DNA from: Candidatus Aegiribacteria sp.
GTDB taxonomy: Bacteria; Fermentibacterota; Fermentibacteria; Fermentibacterales; JCC-6
Direction: 5' to 3'
Length of the DNA stretch: 64,000 nucleotides
Assembly: GCA_046498225.1 (NCBI GenBank)
Contig: JAWOBF010000043.1
Coordinates: 28,636-92,635 of the forward strand
The position numbers and the translations under genes are program-made. A model generated the notes under the pieces. It searched no databases. It was not told the origin of the DNA and was given only the letters and a program-made list of their open reading frames with translations. This document shows positions 49,059-59,700 of this stretch, one piece after another (the first letter of the stretch is position 1; each line of letters opens with the position of its first letter).

Positions 49059-50335
49059 CAGCTTCCTTCCTCCCCGGCGACGTCTTCGCCGGCGCCGGTT
49101 TCGCCTTCCTCAACAAGGACCCATCGCCATGACGCCCCGGGCTTGTCCGAAGTCTCGGCTTCCCCGTCGCTCTTTTCGGGTTCCTTCTCAGTAATATCGG
49201 CCCTCTCGATAATTAGTTCCAGGGCCCTGGCGTTCCTGAGCCTGTCAAGGACGGACGATTTGGATTCCTCGGGACCCATCTCCTCCTCCACCTCTTCGGG
49301 GGAGACCTGAATGCCCTCCTTCCCGGCCACCGCCCTGAGTATGAGGAATTCCCTCACCTTGTCCTCCGCTATCTCCTCCGCGGCGCTGACGGTCGCATCC
49401 TCCGGGCTCTCCTCTCCCAGTCTGTGGAGGTAATCCCTCTTGAGGTTGTTCACCATGTAGGCCGGGGGATCGAAGGGGTTGCTTTTCAGAAGGCTGTCCA
49501 GCACGGTCCTTTCCTTCAGGTAGTTGACCTCCTGCTCGTAACGGGCCTTGACGCTCTCCTCCACCCTGTTCCGGAGTTCCTCCATGTTCTCCACGCCTGC
49601 GGCCTTCTCGGCGAATTCATCGTCGAGTTCGGGCAGCACCGGCCGCCTTACCTCCGTCACCAGGAAAGAGTGCACGGGGTTCCGCTTCTCGTCCGGGTCA
49701 TCGCTTTCCATCCTGGCGGAGAACCGGTACCCCGGCTCCACTCCCGTAACCAGGAGGTCGAACCCCTCACCAATATGGGAATCGCCTATCCTGACGCTGA
49801 AAACCTGGGGGTCGCCACCCTCCTCGGCGGGGTCCGCCTCCAGCATCACGAGGTCGCCCTCCTCCGCAGGCCTGTCCACCTGCTCGAAGCTCACCATCTT
49901 CTCCCGGAAGGACTCGATGGTCCTGTCCACGGCATCCTCCAGCTCCAGGGGGGGAATCTCTACGGTTATTCCGTCGGTTCCGGAAGGCTCGGGTGTCTCG
50001 AACAGGGAGAAGGTCATCTCAAAGGAGTAGGGACTTCCCTCTGCAGGCATCCGGACCTCGTTCTCATGGTCGGTGTCGTCCAGTATCCAGTCCTGTTCCT
50101 CGAGGAGGCTACTGGTCAATTCCTGCCTCACCGTGTCGGCCACCTCGGCCTTGATGATGTTACCGTACTGCCTGTCTATAATGGATTTAGGCACCTTGCC
50201 GGGCCTGAACCCCGGCAGATCCAGGTCCCTGGATATCTGTTTTCTGACTTTTCCGAACAGCTCGTTTATGCGTTCGGCTGTCTCGGTGAAGCGCACCGTT
50301 CTTACGTTTCCCTCTGACTTGACGATATCATGCAT
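49058..50335 (-). CDS. tig: Trigger factor
   Basis: [17 protein letters not shown]; tig-clpP-clpX order. Confidence 0.92.
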   Translation of the reverse strand: MHDIVKSEGNVRTVRFTETAERINELFGKVRKQISRDLDLPGFRPGKVPKSIIDRQYGNIIKAEVADTVRQELTSSLLEEQDWILDDTDHENEVRMPAEGSPYSFEMTFSLFETPEPSGTDGITVEIPPLELEDAVDRTIESFREKMVSFEQVDRPAEEGDLVMLEADPAEEGGDPQVFSVRIGDSHIGEGFDLLVTGVEPGYRFSARMESDDPDEKRNPVHSFLVTEVRRPVLPELDDEFAEKAAGVENMEELRNRVEESVKARYEQEVNYLKERTVLDSLLKSNPFDPPAYMVNNLKRDYLHRLGEESPEDATVSAAEEIAEDKVREFLILRAVAGKEGIQVSPEEVEEEMGPEESKSSVLDRLRNARALELIIERADITEKEPEKSDGEAETSDKPGASWRWVLVEEGETGAGEDVAGEEGS

Positions 50336-50364
50336 GTGAGATTCTTTCCATTGTTCGTTCGAAA

Positions 50365-50450
50365 TGGTGCGAGAGGGGGGACTTGAACCCCCACAAGCAT
50401 GGCTTACCAGATCCTAAATCTGGCGCGTCTGCCAATTCCGCCACTCCCGC
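50365..50450 (-). tRNA. tRNA-Leu (UAG)
   Basis: Reverse complement GCGGGAGTGGCGGAATTGGCAGACGCG-CCAGA-TTTAGGA-TCTGG...GTTCAAGT...CTCTCGCACCA. Confidence 0.96.
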
Positions 50451-50523
50451 AGCGCGCGCTGTCCATAATCGGGAAATATGCTTCAGCGAACCGTTTCCGT
50501 CAAAGCCGGGCCGGATGAGCCTC

Positions 50524-51198
50524 TCAGTCCTGAAGCTCCCTGACCAGGGCCGCCTCATCGCTCCCGGGGTAGCGGTTCAGCAGCAGGTCGTAAAGCCGCT
50601 CCTTCTCACCCCGCGCCCCGTGGGCGCCGTATATGTCGGCGGCCCTGAACAGCGCTCCAGGGGCCCATTCCGAGTCCGGATACATGTAATAGAGCGCCAC
50701 CAGGTCCTCTATGGCCCTGTGGGAAGACCCGGATTCCTCCCAGCAGATGGCCATGTAGTAGAGGGCGTCATCAGCCAGCGACGAGGAGGGATATCGGTCA
50801 TGAAGCTCCAGGAATCCCTGGGCGGCTATATCGAAACTGCCCTGCTGGAACTGCCTGTAAGCCTCATCGAAAATGAGCTGTGCGTCAGGGCCGGCGGTTG
50901 TGTCCTGCACCGAAACGCCACCGCCCCTGTTCATTCTTGTCAGGGCCAGGTCCAGCTCGTCCGCCAGGGCGGACAGTCTTTCCAGCAGTTCGGCGGTTCT
51001 GCTTCCGGACTGGGCCTGCATGCCGCGGAGAAGGCTCTCGTTCTCTTCCGCGGCGGCTGCGAGGTCCAGCAGTTCCTGCCGGATATCCTGCTGGTCGGCC
51101 CGAATGTCCTCTATCTCCCGGGGAGTGCGGACCCAGATGCCGAAGCACCCGGTAAACAGAAGAAATGCGGCGATCGACAGTATTGACAGCCTGAGCAT
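50524..51198 (-). CDS. cpoB: Tol-Pal coiled-coil/TPR protein CpoB (YbgF), lipoprotein form
   Basis: Lipobox FTGC; coiled coil; TPRs YPSSSLADDALY, YPDSEWAPGAL; follows pal. Confidence 0.88.
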   Translation of the reverse strand: MLRLSILSIAAFLLFTGCFGIWVRTPREIEDIRADQQDIRQELLDLAAAAEENESLLRGMQAQSGSRTAELLERLSALADELDLALTRMNRGGGVSVQDTTAGPDAQLIFDEAYRQFQQGSFDIAAQGFLELHDRYPSSSLADDALYYMAICWEESGSSHRAIEDLVALYYMYPDSEWAPGALFRAADIYGAHGARGEKERLYDLLLNRYPGSDEAALVRELQD

Positions 51199-51200
51199 GT

Positions 51201-51743
51201 TCAGTTCCCGGGAAGAACTCTGAAATGGGCTCTTCTGTTGCGTGCCCAGGCCTGTTCGTTATGCCCGGGGTCGAAGGGTCGTTCCTTGCCGTAGCTCACG
51301 TACTCCAGACGGCTGCGGTCCACGCCGTAGTTCACCAGGTACTCGTAGGCTGCAAGAGCCCTCTTCTCCCCCAGCGAGAGGTTGTAATCTATCGTTCCCC
51401 TCTCGTCGCAGTGGCCCTCTATCAGTACCCTGTAGCCATCGGTGTCCATGATGTAGGAGGCGTTCTCCGAAAGGACCTCCAGCGCCTCCGAAGAGAGCTG
51501 GTGGCTGTCGTATTGGAAGAACACGTCCTCCAGGTTCTCCTGGTGGACCGTCATCATCTCGGTGAAGGCGGAAAGGGTGTCGGATTCCCACACTCCATCC
51601 AGCGTGTCCGGAAATTCCTGCACAACCACCGTGGTCGTGTCGGTGCCGTCGGGGACGGTCTCGTCCGGTCGGCATCCGGCGAAAGAGCCCAGGCCGGCCA
51701 CTACAACCACCGCGGCGATGAACGATGCATATCCTCTTTTCAC
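51201..51743 (-). CDS. pal: Peptidoglycan-associated lipoprotein
   Basis: Lipobox FAGC; IEGHCDERGT..YNLSLGEKRA; SYGKERP; NRRA. Confidence 0.95.
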   Translation of the reverse strand: MKRGYASFIAAVVVVAGLGSFAGCRPDETVPDGTDTTTVVVQEFPDTLDGVWESDTLSAFTEMMTVHQENLEDVFFQYDSHQLSSEALEVLSENASYIMDTDGYRVLIEGHCDERGTIDYNLSLGEKRALAAYEYLVNYGVDRSRLEYVSYGKERPFDPGHNEQAWARNRRAHFRVLPGN

Positions 51744-51777
51744 TGTATTCTCCTTCTGGAAAAAGATCGAAGCCGGT

Positions 51778-52965
51778 TCATTTGAATCCCAGGGGCGACC
51801 AGGCCGGACAGTAGTTCTCCCCTCCCCCGGATACCTTTCTCACTGTCAGTCCGTTCAGTTCTATCATGTATACACCCCGCCCGCCGTCCATGTCGCTGCT
51901 GAAGGCGATGTGCCTGCCGGTGGGTCCCCAGACGGGATCCTCGTTCAGGGTCCCGTCGAAGGTAAGCTGACGGACATTGGAGCCGTCAGCGTCCATGACG
52001 AATATGTGAAAATCCCTTCCGGACCGGGCGGCATAGGCTATCCTGTCCCCGTCCGGCGACCAGGCGGGGCTGTCGCAGTAACCGTGCGAAGCGGTAATTC
52101 TCCTGGCGGTCCCGCCGGAGCTGTCCATCACGTAAAGCTGGGGATAACCTATCCTGTCGCTGGTGAAGACTATCTGTCTGCCGGTGGGCGAGAAGCTGGG
52201 GGAGGTCTCGATGGATTCTCTGAGGGTGAGCCTGGTGGTCTGCGAAGTTCCGGTATCGAGCAGGTATATGTCCGAATTCCCGCCGCGGGACATGGTCAGG
52301 GCGATGGAGCCGCCGTCCGGCGACCAGGCCGGCGAGGAGTTCAGTCCGGGTACGCTGAGTATCTTGACGGCGGAGGAGCTGGAGAAACTGTATTTCCACA
52401 GGTCCGCGTTGCCCGATCTGTAGGAAGTGAACACTATCCTGTCACCGTCCGGCGACCAGGCGGGTGTGGTTATCACGTCCTCATCGAACATCACGTGCCT
52501 GGGGGGTCTGGGATCAAGCGACTTCACCGCCAGAGCGTAGCCTTCGGCGGTCCTGTTCACGTAGGCTATCCATGTGGAGGCTATACCCTGTTCTCCCGTG
52601 AGATCATGGACCAGGTCATCGGAGAACGCGTGGCAGAGGGAATAGATGTTCTCCCCGGAGTAGTTCCTGGTCATCAGGGGCTCGCCTCCGGAGAGGACCT
52701 CCGCCCGAAGCCGGTGGCCTTCGGGCGAACTGCTCACCTCCACTTCCACCGTGGCGTACCCTTCCTCGGAGGTTATGAGCAGGCCGGAAAAATCGATGTC
52801 GTCGCTTATCTGCGTGAATGCGGTCTCCGCCAGACGGTCCGGACCAGTAACGGTGAGGGATACCGGGATGCACTCAGCCCCTACGGGGGTCATGGGGACG
52901 AAATCCTCCCCGTTTACCGCAGCCGCCAGAAGAAGAACAGATGCGAAAATCCTCATAATCATCAC
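51778..52965 (-). CDS. tolB: Tol-Pal beta-propeller protein
   Basis: Repeated PAWSPDG (PD40) motifs; DLVHDLTGEQG. Confidence 0.92.
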   Translation of the reverse strand: MMIMRIFASVLLLAAAVNGEDFVPMTPVGAECIPVSLTVTGPDRLAETAFTQISDDIDFSGLLITSEEGYATVEVEVSSSPEGHRLRAEVLSGGEPLMTRNYSGENIYSLCHAFSDDLVHDLTGEQGIASTWIAYVNRTAEGYALAVKSLDPRPPRHVMFDEDVITTPAWSPDGDRIVFTSYRSGNADLWKYSFSSSSAVKILSVPGLNSSPAWSPDGGSIALTMSRGGNSDIYLLDTGTSQTTRLTLRESIETSPSFSPTGRQIVFTSDRIGYPQLYVMDSSGGTARRITASHGYCDSPAWSPDGDRIAYAARSGRDFHIFVMDADGSNVRQLTFDGTLNEDPVWGPTGRHIAFSSDMDGGRGVYMIELNGLTVRKVSGGGENYCPAWSPLGFK

Positions 52966-53675
52966 TCCGGTCCCTGAAATTCGATCCTGATGACCACCGG
53001 GTCCGTCCTGCCGGGGGGCATCGGCGGTATCTGCGCCATGGCCAGGGCGTTCTCCACGGCCCTGTCGAATGCCGCGGTACCGCTCCTCCTCACCGTCTCC
53101 ACCTGGGTCGACCCGTCGGGAAACACGGTGAGTACCACCCTGTAGGACTGCCCTGGCGTGACCGACGTCCGGTAACCCCGTCTAACCGCGTTGAACACCC
53201 GGGATTCGTATGTGCCCGGACCGGGTGCCCCGGCTCCGGCGTCTCCCTGCGAGCCGACGGCTGCGAAACCGTCCCGGGGCCCGGGGGTTTCCTCCTGAAC
53301 CTCCTCCGGCGCCTCCTCCACTTCCTCTACTATCTCCTCCGGAATCTCCTCCGGCGCCTCCTCCACTTCTTCTACTATCTCCTCCGGCGCCTCCTCCACC
53401 ACTTCCTCTACTACCTCCTCGGGCATTTCCTGCACTTCCTCGGGGACTTCTTCGGGAACGGAGACCTCCCCGCTCACAGCTTCCCGCGGGGAGGTCACGG
53501 TGACCATTCGCACCATCATGGCGTCGTCCCCGCCGCTGAGAGGGGAAACACTGCCGGAGAACGTGACTGCTCCCACCAGCAGCAGTATCAGGTGTCCCGC
53601 CCCGGCCAGTACGAAGTCCAGCCTGCGGGGGGAATAGTCCCTTCGCTGCTCCGGGTCACGGTCACTGAAGTTCAC
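52962..53675 (-). CDS. tolA: TolA/TonB-like energy transducer
   Basis: TM helix with His, Glu/Pro-rich linker, C-domain SG...FDRAVENAL; between tolR and tolB. Confidence 0.8.
   Translation of the reverse strand: MNFSDRDPEQRRDYSPRRLDFVLAGAGHLILLLVGAVTFSGSVSPLSGGDDAMMVRMVTVTSPREAVSGEVSVPEEVPEEVQEMPEEVVEEVVEEAPEEIVEEVEEAPEEIPEEIVEEVEEAPEEVQEETPGPRDGFAAVGSQGDAGAGAPGPGTYESRVFNAVRRGYRTSVTPGQSYRVVLTVFPDGSTQVETVRRSGTAAFDRAVENALAMAQIPPMPPGRTDPVVIRIEFQGPE
53297..53460 (-). repeat. Imperfect coding tandem repeat (EEAPEEIVEEV-like units) in the tolA linker
   Basis: CTCCTCCGGCGCCTCCTCCAC occurs three times, with related units around it. Confidence 0.85.
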
Positions 53676-54084
53676 TGTTCTCGCCCCTGCTCTCCTGTAT
53701 AAGGCCCACGTTCAGGTACCCTCCGCTTCCCAGCCGGGTCAGGGCGTTGGCCACCACTTCGTACCTTACGTCCCTGTCGGCCCTGACATAGGCCTCCGAC
53801 CTTCCCGAGGCGTAGGCCGCTTCGGCAAGGGAGGCCAGGTTCTCCATAAGGACCGGTTCTCCGGACACCGACAGGTTGCCGTGGGCGTCTATCTCCACCA
53901 CCAGGGCTTCCGAGGGGTCCAGGCTGCTGACTATCCTTCCTTCCGCGGAGGACGGGGGAGTCACGTCGGCGCTCCTCTGCATTACAGGGGAGGTGAGCAT
54001 GAATATCACCAGGAGCACCAGGGTGACGTCCACCAGGTTGGTCATGTTGATGCCCGAGAAACGGGTATACCTGGTCTTTATCAT
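53662..54084 (-). CDS. tolR: TolR/ExbD protein
   Basis: INMTNLVDVTLVLLVIFM; VRAD..VRY; ATGA overlap with the tolQ stop. Confidence 0.92.
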   Translation of the reverse strand: MIKTRYTRFSGINMTNLVDVTLVLLVIFMLTSPVMQRSADVTPPSSAEGRIVSSLDPSEALVVEIDAHGNLSVSGEPVLMENLASLAEAAYASGRSEAYVRADRDVRYEVVANALTRLGSGGYLNVGLIQESRGENSELQ

Positions 54085-54749
54085 TCCAGGCTTCCCCTCC
54101 TGCACACGTCCACCAGCTCGGAGAGGAACCTGTCCATGTCGCCGGCCAGGGAATTTATCCTCCCTACCACGAAGTTATGGAACACATTTGCGGGTATGGC
54201 GGCCAGCAGTCCCGCCACGGTGGTGGTCAGGGCGGCGGCGATTCCCGCACCCACGGCGCTCAGGTCCGCCACTCCCATCTCCTTCATTCCGATGAAACTG
54301 GTGAGCACCCCCCAGACCGTTCCCAGAAGACCCAGCAGCGGGGATACGCTGGTTACCGTGGCCAGAAAACCGATGTTCCGCTCCCTTCGGGCCAGGTCCT
54401 CCCCAGCCTCCCTCTCCAGAGAACTGGTGAGGCTGCCGACCTCCTCGGGGGTGAGAGGGTCGGTTACGCCCCTGTCCTGCCTTCTCTGCAGGAATCTGCC
54501 CGCCTCTGCGTACATCCTCGCCAGGGGACCCACTTCGTTGCTCCTGCTCCAGAAATCGCCTCCCGGTGGTCTTCCGGTGGTGCGGAGCGCGTCCATGAAG
54601 GTCTTGGATGAACTCAGTATGGTCCTGAACTCCCGTATCTTGGCTATGGCTACCGCCCAGGAGCCGATGGAAAGCACGGCTATCACGACGAGAATGAGCT
54701 TGGTCACCAGATCGGCGCTGGCGACTACGTTCAAAACCTGTCCTATCAA
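54081..54749 (-). CDS. tolQ: TolQ/ExbB proton channel
   Basis: SPLLGLLGTVWG, GIAAALTTTVAGL..AIPA; GGAGG before TTG 54749. Confidence 0.93.
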   Translation of the reverse strand: MIGQVLNVVASADLVTKLILVVIAVLSIGSWAVAIAKIREFRTILSSSKTFMDALRTTGRPPGGDFWSRSNEVGPLARMYAEAGRFLQRRQDRGVTDPLTPEEVGSLTSSLEREAGEDLARRERNIGFLATVTSVSPLLGLLGTVWGVLTSFIGMKEMGVADLSAVGAGIAAALTTTVAGLLAAIPANVFHNFVVGRINSLAGDMDRFLSELVDVCRRGSLE

Positions 54750-54977
54750 GTCTTCTCCCTCCTGACAGCCGCAGTCCCGGATGCGGACCGGCTGAAGCAT
54801 ATCCATGTCTCCGCATGATGGCCGGAGATGTGAGTAATATAAGGATTCAATCCCTTCGCCCCACGAAAACCGGCCTTCCGACCCGGCTCTCAGAACAATA
54901 TACACTCCGGAACGTATTTCTGTTCCATCGGATCGCTTCGGGACCGCTCAGGGAATCTTTCTTCGGGAGGTCATCCC

Positions 54978-54986
54978 TGTTATAAT
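54978..54986 (+). promoter_or_regulatory. Extended -10 promoter of the dikinase-like pair
   Basis: TGTTATAAT (TGn-TATAAT) about 30 nt upstream of ATG 55019. Confidence 0.6.
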
Positions 54987-55018
54987 CTTCCGGCATGCAT
55001 TTCGAAGGCGAGGTTCGC

Positions 55019-56707
55019 ATGATTGATATCCGGAATATGGAGACTTTCGGTCAGGGAGCCGCGGGCGGCAAGGCCTCGGGTCTCGCCGGCATCGTCCGGA
55101 ACCTGCGACAGCTTGGAGAAGGCGCTCCTTTCCCCATGGAGGTCTCGGTCCCGCGATTCTCTGTCATCACCACCGAGTACTTCAGTGATTTCGTGGAGAG
55201 GAACAGCCTGGCCCGCTACGCGGAGGGGGATGAGCCCGACGACAGAATAGCCATGGCTTTCCTGGCCGGGGAGGTCTCACCCATGCTCTCGGGGGATCTC
55301 TGGAAGTTCGTATCCGCCGCCCATGAGCCGATCGCGGTGCGATCCTCGAGCCTCCTGGAGGACGACCTGAAGACACCCCTGGCCGGCATCTACCAGACCA
55401 AGATGATACCGAACAACCAGCCTTCGGACGAGGTCCGGTTCAGAAAACTGCTGGAGGCGGTGAAACTCGTGTGGGCCAGCACCTGGTTCGCCGATTCCCG
55501 TGAGTTCCACCGGGGGCTTGGCACCTCCCTCGAGGATGAGGCCATGGCCGTGGTCCTGCAGAGCATAGTGGGCAGGAGGTACGGCGACAGGTTCTATCCG
55601 GCGGTTTCCGGTGTGGCGCGGTCCTTCAATTTCTACGCTTTCGGGAAGTCCCGGCCCGAGGACGGCGTCGTAAGCCTGGCCCTGGGACTGGGCAAGACGA
55701 TCGTCGACGGCGGCCTCTGCTGGTCCTACAGCCCGAAGAAGCCCGGCGCCCCCCCTCCCTTCGGTTCGGCGTCAGAATTGATGAAGTACACACAGAACAG
55801 TTTCTGGTGCGTGAACATGGGAAGGATAACCGATTTCGACCCGGTCCGGGAAACGGAGTACATGCTTTCCTGCCCGCTTGAAGACGCCGATTACGATGAT
55901 ACCCTGAAGCTGGTTGCTTCCACCTACCTGCCCGGGTCGGACATGCTGGTCAGCGGTACGGGCAGGGAGGGGCCCAGGGTGGTGGATTTCGCCCCTGTAC
56001 TGAAGGACCGGGTCATTCCCCTGAACCGGACCGTTTCACAGGTGCTTGAACTCTGCGAGGGGGAGGCGGGTTCGCCGGTGGAGATCGAGTTCGCCGTCAG
56101 GGGACCCTTTCTGGACGAAGCTCCATCCCTGGGGCTCCTTCAGGTAAGGTCCATTGCTTCCGCGGAGGGGGGGGTGGAGATATCGCCGGAGGAGATCCGG
56201 GGAGACCGCACTGTGGCGGTATCCAGAAGGGCGCTGGGCAACGGTGAGATCGCTGTAAGCCACGTGGTCTACGTGAAACCGGAGACCTTCAGCGCTTCGC
56301 GGACCCGGGCCATAGCATCGGAGATCGCCGCGGCCAACAGGATAATGACCGCCGGGGACGGCGACTACCTGCTGATTGGCTTCGGACGCTGGGGAAGCAC
56401 CGACCCCTGGCTGGGTATCCCCGTCACCTGGGGCCACGTCTCGGGGGCAAGGGCCATTCTGGAGGTATCGGGTCCGTCGATGAGGGTGGAGCTGAGCCAG
56501 GGCTCGCATTTCTTTCACAATCTCTCCAGCTTCGGGGTCGGCTACCTCTCTGTGAACGAACCGCTGGACGGACCGGTCAACTGGGGACTGATAGATTCCG
56601 GCAGCGATGTAATCCATGAATCGGAACACGTCCGCTGCGTTAGGGTGCCCGGCGGGCTGAAAATCAGGATCGACGGCAGAAAAGGACTTGGAGTGGTCGT
56701 AAGATGA
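55019..56707 (+). CDS. PEP/pyruvate-binding (PPDK_N ATP-grasp) domain protein
   Basis: GGKASGL, AVRSSSLLED, AGIY, GLG, EIEFA, LLQVR; C-terminal GRWGS and SQGSHFF. Confidence 0.88.
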   Translation: MIDIRNMETFGQGAAGGKASGLAGIVRNLRQLGEGAPFPMEVSVPRFSVITTEYFSDFVERNSLARYAEGDEPDDRIAMAFLAGEVSPMLSGDLWKFVSAAHEPIAVRSSSLLEDDLKTPLAGIYQTKMIPNNQPSDEVRFRKLLEAVKLVWASTWFADSREFHRGLGTSLEDEAMAVVLQSIVGRRYGDRFYPAVSGVARSFNFYAFGKSRPEDGVVSLALGLGKTIVDGGLCWSYSPKKPGAPPPFGSASELMKYTQNSFWCVNMGRITDFDPVRETEYMLSCPLEDADYDDTLKLVASTYLPGSDMLVSGTGREGPRVVDFAPVLKDRVIPLNRTVSQVLELCEGEAGSPVEIEFAVRGPFLDEAPSLGLLQVRSIASAEGGVEISPEEIRGDRTVAVSRRALGNGEIAVSHVVYVKPETFSASRTRAIASEIAAANRIMTAGDGDYLLIGFGRWGSTDPWLGIPVTWGHVSGARAILEVSGPSMRVELSQGSHFFHNLSSFGVGYLSVNEPLDGPVNWGLIDSGSDVIHESEHVRCVRVPGGLKIRIDGRKGLGVVVR

Positions 56708-59700
56708 CGGACAAGGTAAGCGAATCCCATCAGCTGCTGACCTCCCTCAGGGAGAGGGCAAAGGAACTGAACTGCCTCTACATGGTCGACGAGATACTCA
56801 TGACCGACCAGCCCCTGGGCAGAAGACTGCAGATGGTGGCGGAGGCCATGCCCCAGGGCTGGTACAGCCCCCAGAACTGCGAGGCCCGCATCGTCTACAT
56901 GGGCAGGGAGTACAGCTCAGAAGGCTACGTGCAGGGAGGGCCGATGCTGTCGGAGGACCTTGTCATCAACGGCAGTGAAGTGGGCAGCATCTCCGTCACC
57001 TACCCGGACAGCGTGCCTGAGACGGAGAAGGGCGAAGTCTTCCTGAAGGAGGAGAAGAGGCTTCTGAGAACGCTGGCCCGAAGGATAGGCCACACCATCC
57101 TGCACGACAGCCTTTCGCAGATGTTCGAGGAGGACAGGGTGGACCCGGGGGACTGGCAGTCGGGAACCGAATCATGGAGGACCATACTGGACATGCTCCT
57201 GATAACGGACAGGAAACTCTACCAGACCCTCTCCAGAAGGCTGCTGAACTACCTTAGCTTCATAGGCATCTCAGACGCCACCGCGCTTCTGAACAGGTGG
57301 GCGGGCCAGTCGTCAATGGGCGCTTCTGACCTGGACCATCAGGGCATCAATCAGCCGATACCACGCCACCAGTTCGAAGTGAGTTACGATTTGGTGCAGG
57401 AGATACTGGCCATCGCCGGACGGGAACTGAGCGGCGACCAGATACTGTCCCTTCTTCAGAGGTGGATAGGGGAAAACCGTATAGAGCATCTCATCAACGT
57501 CCTGGACGACCACGCCAGCTCCCTTACGGATATCATTCAGGCCATGGAGACGCACCATGGCGTGGTCAGCGACGAGGAGAGCCTCTCGGGGCCGGTGGTG
57601 AACGCTCTGAAGGTCTCGCTCATCAGAAGGTTCGTCAGCAGGCGTCTGGATTACATCAGCCGAATGAAGGAATCGGTCTCCATAGATGACTTCTACCGGC
57701 TGACCAGGTCCCTGGTCCTTCCCAGCAGGAGCCACGGACAGCTGGGCGGGAAGGGGGCCGGACTGTTCATGGCGGAGAAGATACTCAGCCAGCAGACAGG
57801 ACAGGATGACCCGCTTTCGGCCATCAGGACCCCGGCCACCTGGTACATAAGCAGCGACGGCATACTGGACTTCGTTCATCACAACAGGCTGGAGGAGCTG
57901 CTGGAGTACAGGTACAGGTACCTGGGAGAGATACGGCTGGAGTACCCCAACCTGATCCAGCTCTTCAAGAACTGCGCATTCAGCCCCGAGATGAAGCGGG
58001 GGCTTTCGGTGACCCTGGATTCCATGGGAGACGCACCGCTGATAGTCCGCAGTTCCAGCCTGCTGGAGGACAGCATCGAGGCTGCCTTCAGCGGGAAGTA
58101 CAAGAGCCTGTTCCTGGCGAACCAGGGAACGAAGAATGAGAAACTGGAAGCTCTCATGGACGCCATAGCCGAAGTCTACGCGTCCATGTTCGGTCCCGAC
58201 GCCATCGAGTACAGGAAGGAGAGGAACCTTCTGGACTTCCAGGAGGAGATGGGAATACTGATACAGCAGGTGGTGGGCACCAGGATGGGCAAGTACTACA
58301 TGCCCTCTTTCAGCGGAGTCGCCTTCAGCAGGAACGAGTTCAGGTGGTCCTCCAGGATTAGCCGCCGGGACGGCCTGGTCAGAATGGTTCCCGGCCTGGG
58401 GACCAGGGCGGTGGACAGGCTGGGGGACGATTACCCGGTCCTGGCGGCCCCGGGCAAACCCGGTCTGAAAGTGAACACCAGTGTTGACGAGACCATCAGG
58501 TACGCGCCCAGGTACATGGACGTCATCAATCTGGAGGAGCGAAAGATAGAGACCGTAAAGGTGGAGGACATAATCACCGAGTACGGTCCCGAATATCCTC
58601 AGGTGGAGAAGATCTTTTCCACCCATCGTGACGGCATGATATCCAGGGCCAACCGGTTCACGGATTTCCGAAAGGAATACGTTATACCGACCTTCGACGG
58701 TCTTCTGGGGTCCGGCAGCGATTTCCTCGCCACCATGCGCAGGATGATGGAGGTGCTGGAACAGGGGTGCGGATACCCTGTGGACATCGAGTTCGCCTCC
58801 GACGGAGAAAGCTTGTACATCCTGCAGTGCAGGGCCCAGAGCTCCTGGGAGCAGTGTGATGAGGTACATCTAAAGGAGAAGCCGGAGCCGGAGGACATCC
58901 TGTTCACAGCCGAACGGTACGTTTCCGATGGTTACATTCCCAGAATAACCCACATCGTCTATGTGGACCCGGAGGGGTACGACAGCCTGGAGGACAAGGA
59001 CCAGCTCGTAGAGGTTGGTAAAGCCGTGGGAAGGCTGAACAGCATGCTCCAGAAGAGGAGCTTCATACTGATGGGTCCCGGCAGGTGGGGAAGCCGCGGC
59101 GATATAAAGCTCGGGGTTCAGGTAACCTACTCTGACATCAACAACACCGCGGCCCTCATAGAGATGGCCTTTCAGAAGGGCAGCTACGTTCCGGACCTCT
59201 CCTTCGGGACACATTTCTTCCAGGACCTGGTGGAGGCCGGAATCCGGTACCTGCCGCTATACCCGGACGACAGCGGTGTGACGTTCAACCGGGACTTCTT
59301 CCAGAACAGCGATAACGTTCTGAGTCAGCTGCTCCCCGACTGCGGCCACCTGGCCGACGTGGTCAGGGTCATTGACGTTCGGGCCAGCGCCGGCGGCAGG
59401 GTGGCCAGAATGGTCATGAGCGGCGACGAGAGAGAGGCGATAGCGTTCTTCGCCCCCGAGGAAGGCGACCTGGAAGACCGCAGCCGGATGCCCAGGGGAC
59501 GGCGGAACCTGGACGCGGATTCCGACGAGCACTGGCTGTGGCGGCAGAGGATGGCCGAGAGCCTGGCCGCGGGGGTCGACCCGGAAAAATACGGTGTGAA
59601 GGGAATCTACCTCTTCGGAAGCACCAAGAACGCCACCGCGGGAAACCGCAGCGACATAGACCTGCTGGTGCATTCCAACGGTGACCGGAGCAAGCGCGGG

